Shown: one piece after another, positions 58,801-64,000 of the stretch
Layout of the letters: every line of letters begins with the position of its first letter
Position numbering within the stretch: the stretch's first letter is position 1
Notes under the pieces: model-generated
Seen by the model: the letters and a program-made list of their open reading frames with translations, nothing else
Databases searched by the model: none
What the model was told of the DNA's origin: nothing
Translations under genes and position numbers: made by a program
Assembly (NCBI GenBank): GCA_050952625.1
Contig: JBMNLH010000002.1
Span: forward strand, 98,990-162,989
From: Bacillota bacterium
GTDB taxonomy: Bacteria; Bacillota; Ch66; Ch109
Direction: 5' to 3'
DNA: 64,000 bases

Positions 58801-61800
58801 TGGAAAGGACGTTTATGGAACTCCAGTTTTTATCTATTTCAATACATCCAATGTTCCGGTTCCGCAATATTCGATTGTGTGATAAAACGTCTAGCTATTC
58901 ATTTCAATACATCCAATGTTCCGGTTCCGCTTCGAGGGTGCCGGGAATTTTTTCGCATTCTACAGCATTTCAATACATCCAATGTTCCGGTTCCGCCACC
59001 CTGCAACTTTTTATAATCATTTTAAATGATTAATTTCAATACATCCAATGTTCCGGTTCCGCACCCTATGGCGAAAGATGCAGCCAGGGTCTTAAGATAT
59101 TTCAATACATCCAATGTTCCGGTTCCGCGTGGCGAGATTCTTCATATCCGGAATGTATTTGCCAGATTTCAATACATCCAATGTTCCGGTTCCGCGGCCT
59201 CCACAGTGGCCTCCAGGGGCGTCATTACTCTATTTCAATACATCCAATGTTCCGGTTCCGCAATTTTATAGACAGTATCCTGGGGTCCATGCCGGCATTT
59301 CAATACATCCAATGTTCCGGTTCCGCCCTTTTAGTTTTATTATAGTGTAGCATATGCAAAGATTTCAATACATCCAATGTTCCGGTTCCGCTGCCTCCGC
59401 TACCAGTTGTGTCAGGGAAAAATGCTAATTTCAATACATCCAATGTTCCGGTTCCGCCAGATACTTCTTCTAGTTTGCTGAAGACGTGCATCAATTTCAA
59501 TACATCCAATGTTCCGGTTCCGCAGGTAAGGTAGTTGGCGACCAGTTTTGGACAATGGCATTTCAATACATCCAATGTTCCGGTTCCGCAAGTTCGATCG
59601 GCAGATTGAGATCGCTGGGGCGACATTTCAATACATCCAATGTTCCGGTTCCGCAATTATGCAAAAACCAATAATTTACGCCGAGATTCCATTTCAATAC
59701 ATCCAATGTTCCGGTTCCGCTACTAGAAAGGATAGGTGATTAAAGACATGCCTTTATTTCAATACATCCAATGTTCCGGTTCCGCTGCTGTAATTTCATA
59801 TTGGGGGTGGATCAAAAGAAGATTTCAATACATCCAATGTTCCGGTTCCGCGGGGGTTTGGGGGACGCTAGTCCCCCAATAGGGGTAATTTCAATACATC
59901 CAATGTTCCGGTTCCGCGATGTTTATGATGCAAGCAACAAAGCAATTACATTATTTCAATACATCCAATGTTCCGGTTCCGCTTCATCCTTATAGCCGTT
60001 TTCATCGAAGTAGCCGTATTTCAATACATCCAATGTTCCGGTTCCGCTACGACCGGCGCACCAGACCGGACGCCGTTGGTAGATTTCAATACATCCAATG
60101 TTCCGGTTCCGCAAGGTCACCGGGAACCAGATGGAAGATCCTGAGTTAATTTCAATACATCCAATGTTCCGGTTCCGCAACAAAGGCATATTCGCCAGTG
60201 CCAATGTTTAATCCATTTCAATACATCCAATGTTCCGGTTCCGCTAAGTATAGCTTAATAAAAACATCCGCCTAATATAATTTCAATACATCCAATGTTC
60301 CGGTTCCGCTTTCTTTTTGTGTATGCCCTGCCCAATATAAGCTCTATTTCAATACATCCAATGTTCCGGTTCCGCTACGACCGGCGCACCAGACCGGACG
60401 CCGTTGGTAGATTTCAATACATCCAATGTTCCGGTTCCGCGATAGAAAAACAAGAAGAGTTAATTGGGAAACAAAAATTTCAATACATCCAATGTTCCGG
60501 TTCCGCAGAAAATATTATAATTAGAGAGCAAAAAACCGGCAAATTTCAATACATCCAATGTTCCGGTTCCGCTGCTGATGGATCAGATGGCGGTATTCGG
60601 GATATTATATTTCAATACATCCAATGTTCCGGTTCCGCTGCTGTAATTTCATATTGGGGGTGGATCAAAAGAAGATTTCAATACATCCAATGTTCCGGTT
60701 CCGCACTCCCCGTTAGTTGAGCAGTTGCCGGAGTCGCCCCATTTCAATACATCCAATGTTCCGGTTCCGCAATTTGTTAAACACCGACGCCAATACTAAG
60801 ACCACATTTCAATACATCCAATGTTCCGGTTCCGCTTGACACTGTCACTCTGGCCATCTTCGAGACCACTCATTTCAATACATCCAATGTTCCGGTTCCG
60901 CGTTAGGCTTGGATTCAAGTTTGTTGCCCGAACCTAAATTTCAATACATCCAATGTTCCGGTTCCGCAATGGCGAGGCGGGGATTATCAGGGAACAAAAT
61001 AATTTCAATACATCCAATGTTCCGGTTCCGCAGCTGGCAAAGTCACTTATGATACCCTGGTGGCCGCATTTCAATACATCCAATGTTCCGGTTCCGCTAC
61101 AAACGGGGAAATTGGGGGCAAGAAAATACCAAGATTTCAATACATCCAATGTTCCGGTTCCGCCTAACAATGCCGCCAATAAAACCAGATATTTTTTCTA
61201 TTTCAATACATCCAATGTTCCGGTTCCGCGGCATGTCTTTAATCACCTATCCTTTCTAGTATATATTTCAATACATCCAATGTTCCGGTTCCGCCACTTA
61301 ACCCGGGATAAGGATATGTACCTTTCCCTATTTCAATACATCCAATGTTCCGGTTCCGCTCTTCCGAAAAGCTCTTACCTCCAAGACTCGGGACCATTTC
61401 AATACATCCAATGTTCCGGTTCCGCCCCGATGGCGGGGTGAGAATCAAGAATCTGCACAATTTCAATACATCCAATGTTCCGGTTCCGCGAAAACCTTAG
61501 AATTTCTAATAACGCACTTGATATATTTCAATACATCCAATGTTCCGGTTCCGCCAGCACCGCAAAAAGCCCCTGAGACGCTGCTATCTATTTCAATACA
61601 TCCAATGTTCCGGTTCCGCAGGTCTGCCCCGTCACCGTCCCGGTCGAGTTCGAGCTATTTCAATACATCCAATGTTCCGGTTCCGCTTCCTCGTTTTGTT
61701 TTTTCCAAGCTTCGTATGTTTCATTTCAATACATCCAATGTTCCGGTTCCGCAATCCGAAATGCGGGTTTGTCCTCATGGATAAGCTATTTCAATACATC

Positions 61801-63988
61801 CAATGTTCCGGTTCCGCTGCCGGTCGGCTGATAACCGTTGCCACCGGTTCCGCATTTCAATACATCCAATGTTCCGGTTCCGCGCAGATTTGGTTTCTCC
61901 TAATCCAGTAACACTGTTATTTCAATACATCCAATGTTCCGGTTCCGCCCCTCAACGTTGGAATCAACTTCGCCCGTTACCGCGATTTCAATACATCCAA
62001 TGTTCCGGTTCCGCCCTCGTTTTGTTTTTTCCAAGCTTCGTATGTTTCATTTCAATACATCCAATGTTCCGGTTCCGCCTGCTACCTCGGGAACTATGTC
62101 AGCCAGCGGGAATTCATTTCAATACATCCAATGTTCCGGTTCCGCTGCCAAGATGCTCGCACTTCTGCGCCATCCTTTAGTCATTTCAATACATCCAATG
62201 TTCCGGTTCCGCCTGCTACCTCGGGAACTATGTCAGCCAGCGGGAATTCATTTCAATACATCCAATGTTCCGGTTCCGCTGCCAAGATGCTCGCACTTCT
62301 GCGCCATCCTTTAGTCATTTCAATACATCCAATGTTCCGGTTCCGCATGTCACTCAAAGAACTTCAAGCCGTCCTGGGCCAATTTCAATACATCCAATGT
62401 TCCGGTTCCGCTTGCCAGGATGAAGCAATGACTGTCCGGTTAATTTAATTTCAATACATCCAATGTTCCGGTTCCGCGACAGGACCTGGTATATCGACCC
62501 TGACCTTGAATTATTTCAATACATCCAATGTTCCGGTTCCGCTTAAAGAAACGCCTCATATAGTCGTTATTCAATACATTTCAATACATCCAATGTTCCG
62601 GTTCCGCGGAGCAAATGTTTAAGAAGAAAGGACAGACAACCCTATTTCAATACATCCAATGTTCCGGTTCCGCCCCAGAGCAAAAAGCACGTGCTAGGAG
62701 GCACTTATATTTCAATACATCCAATGTTCCGGTTCCGCAAGGGCTGATTTGAAGAAATGGATAGAAGTTGCCTAATTTCAATACATCCAATGTTCCGGTT
62801 CCGCTGAAAACGCTGAAGCAGTGAACACTACATTTGGTAGATTTCAATACATCCAATGTTCCGGTTCCGCATTCAACGAGGATCGGTTGTTTGATTCACA
62901 TTCGTTATTTCAATACATCCAATGTTCCGGTTCCGCATCGGCTAACCTTCTTGCCAGGCTTCCATTTGCACCATTTCAATACATCCAATGTTCCGGTTCC
63001 GCATAGTTCCCCGATCGTTTTTGGCAAACGAGAAGTCAATTTCAATACATCCAATGTTCCGGTTCCGCCCAGCGGAAACGAGAGAACCTTGCAAAATATC
63101 AATCATTTCAATACATCCAATGTTCCGGTTCCGCAACTCCTCACCCCCTAAGCAGAAAGATCGTTAGGATCATTTCAATACATCCAATGTTCCGGTTCCG
63201 CCGATTCTTTCCTCAGCCAAGATATTATCGTTAGCCCATTTCAATACATCCAATGTTCCGGTTCCGCAGAAAGTCACTTCTATGGGGAGCCTCAGTGCTC
63301 CGAATTTCAATACATCCAATGTTCCGGTTCCGCCCTCCCTCAGGATCCGAGGAGAGCACAAGCTGGCCAAATTTCAATACATCCAATGTTCCGGTTCCGC
63401 ATTGTCGTCTCGACCCGCGGCGTTTTAAGTGCCGCCATTTCAATACATCCAATGTTCCGGTTCCGCGTTTCAAAAACCAACAAAATCGGTAATTCATGAT
63501 TATTTCAATACATCCAATGTTCCGGTTCCGCGGCCAAGGAGGCTAAGGAGAAATACGATTATTTCTATTTCAATACATCCAATGTTCCGGTTCCGCAAGC
63601 AAACGTGTAGCGAAGGTATGCCGAAGAATAATTTCAATACATCCAATGTTCCGGTTCCGCGGTCCGCCACTGCCAGCCCAACATCGAGATTGGATTTCAA
63701 TACATCCAATGTTCCGGTTCCGCGTGTTAGGTGTTGCAGTATATAAATAATAAGGATTTATTTCAATACATCCAATGTTCCGGTTCCGCACCAGGCGGCG
63801 GGGATACTTCCCAAACTATCGTTATATTTCAATACATCCAATGTTCCGGTTCCGCATGTTCTACCTTCGAAAACTTAATACAAGCTTATTCAATTTCAAT
63901 ACATCCAATGTTCCGGTTCCGCATCAGGGAAATAATTATTTGTTGTATAACCTAAACTATTTCAATACATCCAATGTTCCGGTTCCGC
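55869..63988 (-). CRISPR. CRISPR array: 124 repeats and 123 complete spacers (manual count); repeat GCGGAACCGGAACATTGGATGTATTGAAAT (type I-B/III-like)
   Basis: 30-bp repeat with 33-37-nt spacers. The 3' ATTGAAAT handle is on minus and the two leftmost repeats carry SNPs (trailer end), so the leader should lie to the right, at or beyond the window edge. Confidence 0.99.
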
Positions 63989-64000
63989 TCTTTTTTTCTG

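Noticed and set aside
55832-63955. Dozens of ORFs with FNTSNVPVP / ISIHPMFRFR / FQYIQCSGSA motifs
   Set aside because: These are translations of the CRISPR repeat, not proteins.

Overview
Chromosomal window from a spore-forming, flagellated, anaerobic Clostridia-type Firmicute, probably Peptococcaceae-like (inferred from gene content and order). Almost all genes are on the minus strand. From left to right it holds: a Mo/W-cofactor cluster (MOSC fragment, moaC, moaA, two moeA paralogues); 5-FTHF cyclo-ligase; lgt; tsaD, rimI, tsaB, tsaE, with a ferredoxin between tsaD and rimI; perR/fur; the acpS-nnr-CBS-alr-ndoAI-ndoA operon; cheW; an accessory patch (AIM24, GT2, GAF-HD-GYP, orphan N4-C methyltransferase, amidohydrolase, DUF2225, adenine deaminase); an intein-containing class II RNR; pgsA-like, minJ, ctpB, envC, ftsXE; split transketolase; yitT; prfB with its +1 frameshift; motAB; secA; hpf; and fliS, flaG, fliT-like, fliD. 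The last 8.1 kb is a CRISPR array of 124 repeats by manual count, with no cas genes in the window. The most interesting unexplained signals are: a candidate structured ncRNA upstream of transketolase; a dispersed ~95-nt hairpin repeat family; heptamer arrays bracketing a motAB cassette that splits secA-prfB; a spacer that appears to target an IS200/IS605 TnpA; two DnaA-box clusters; a candidate sigma-F sRNA; an orphan methyltransferase with a sigma-H-type promoter; and several unannotated small proteins. All calls come from reading the sequence only; no database searches were run.
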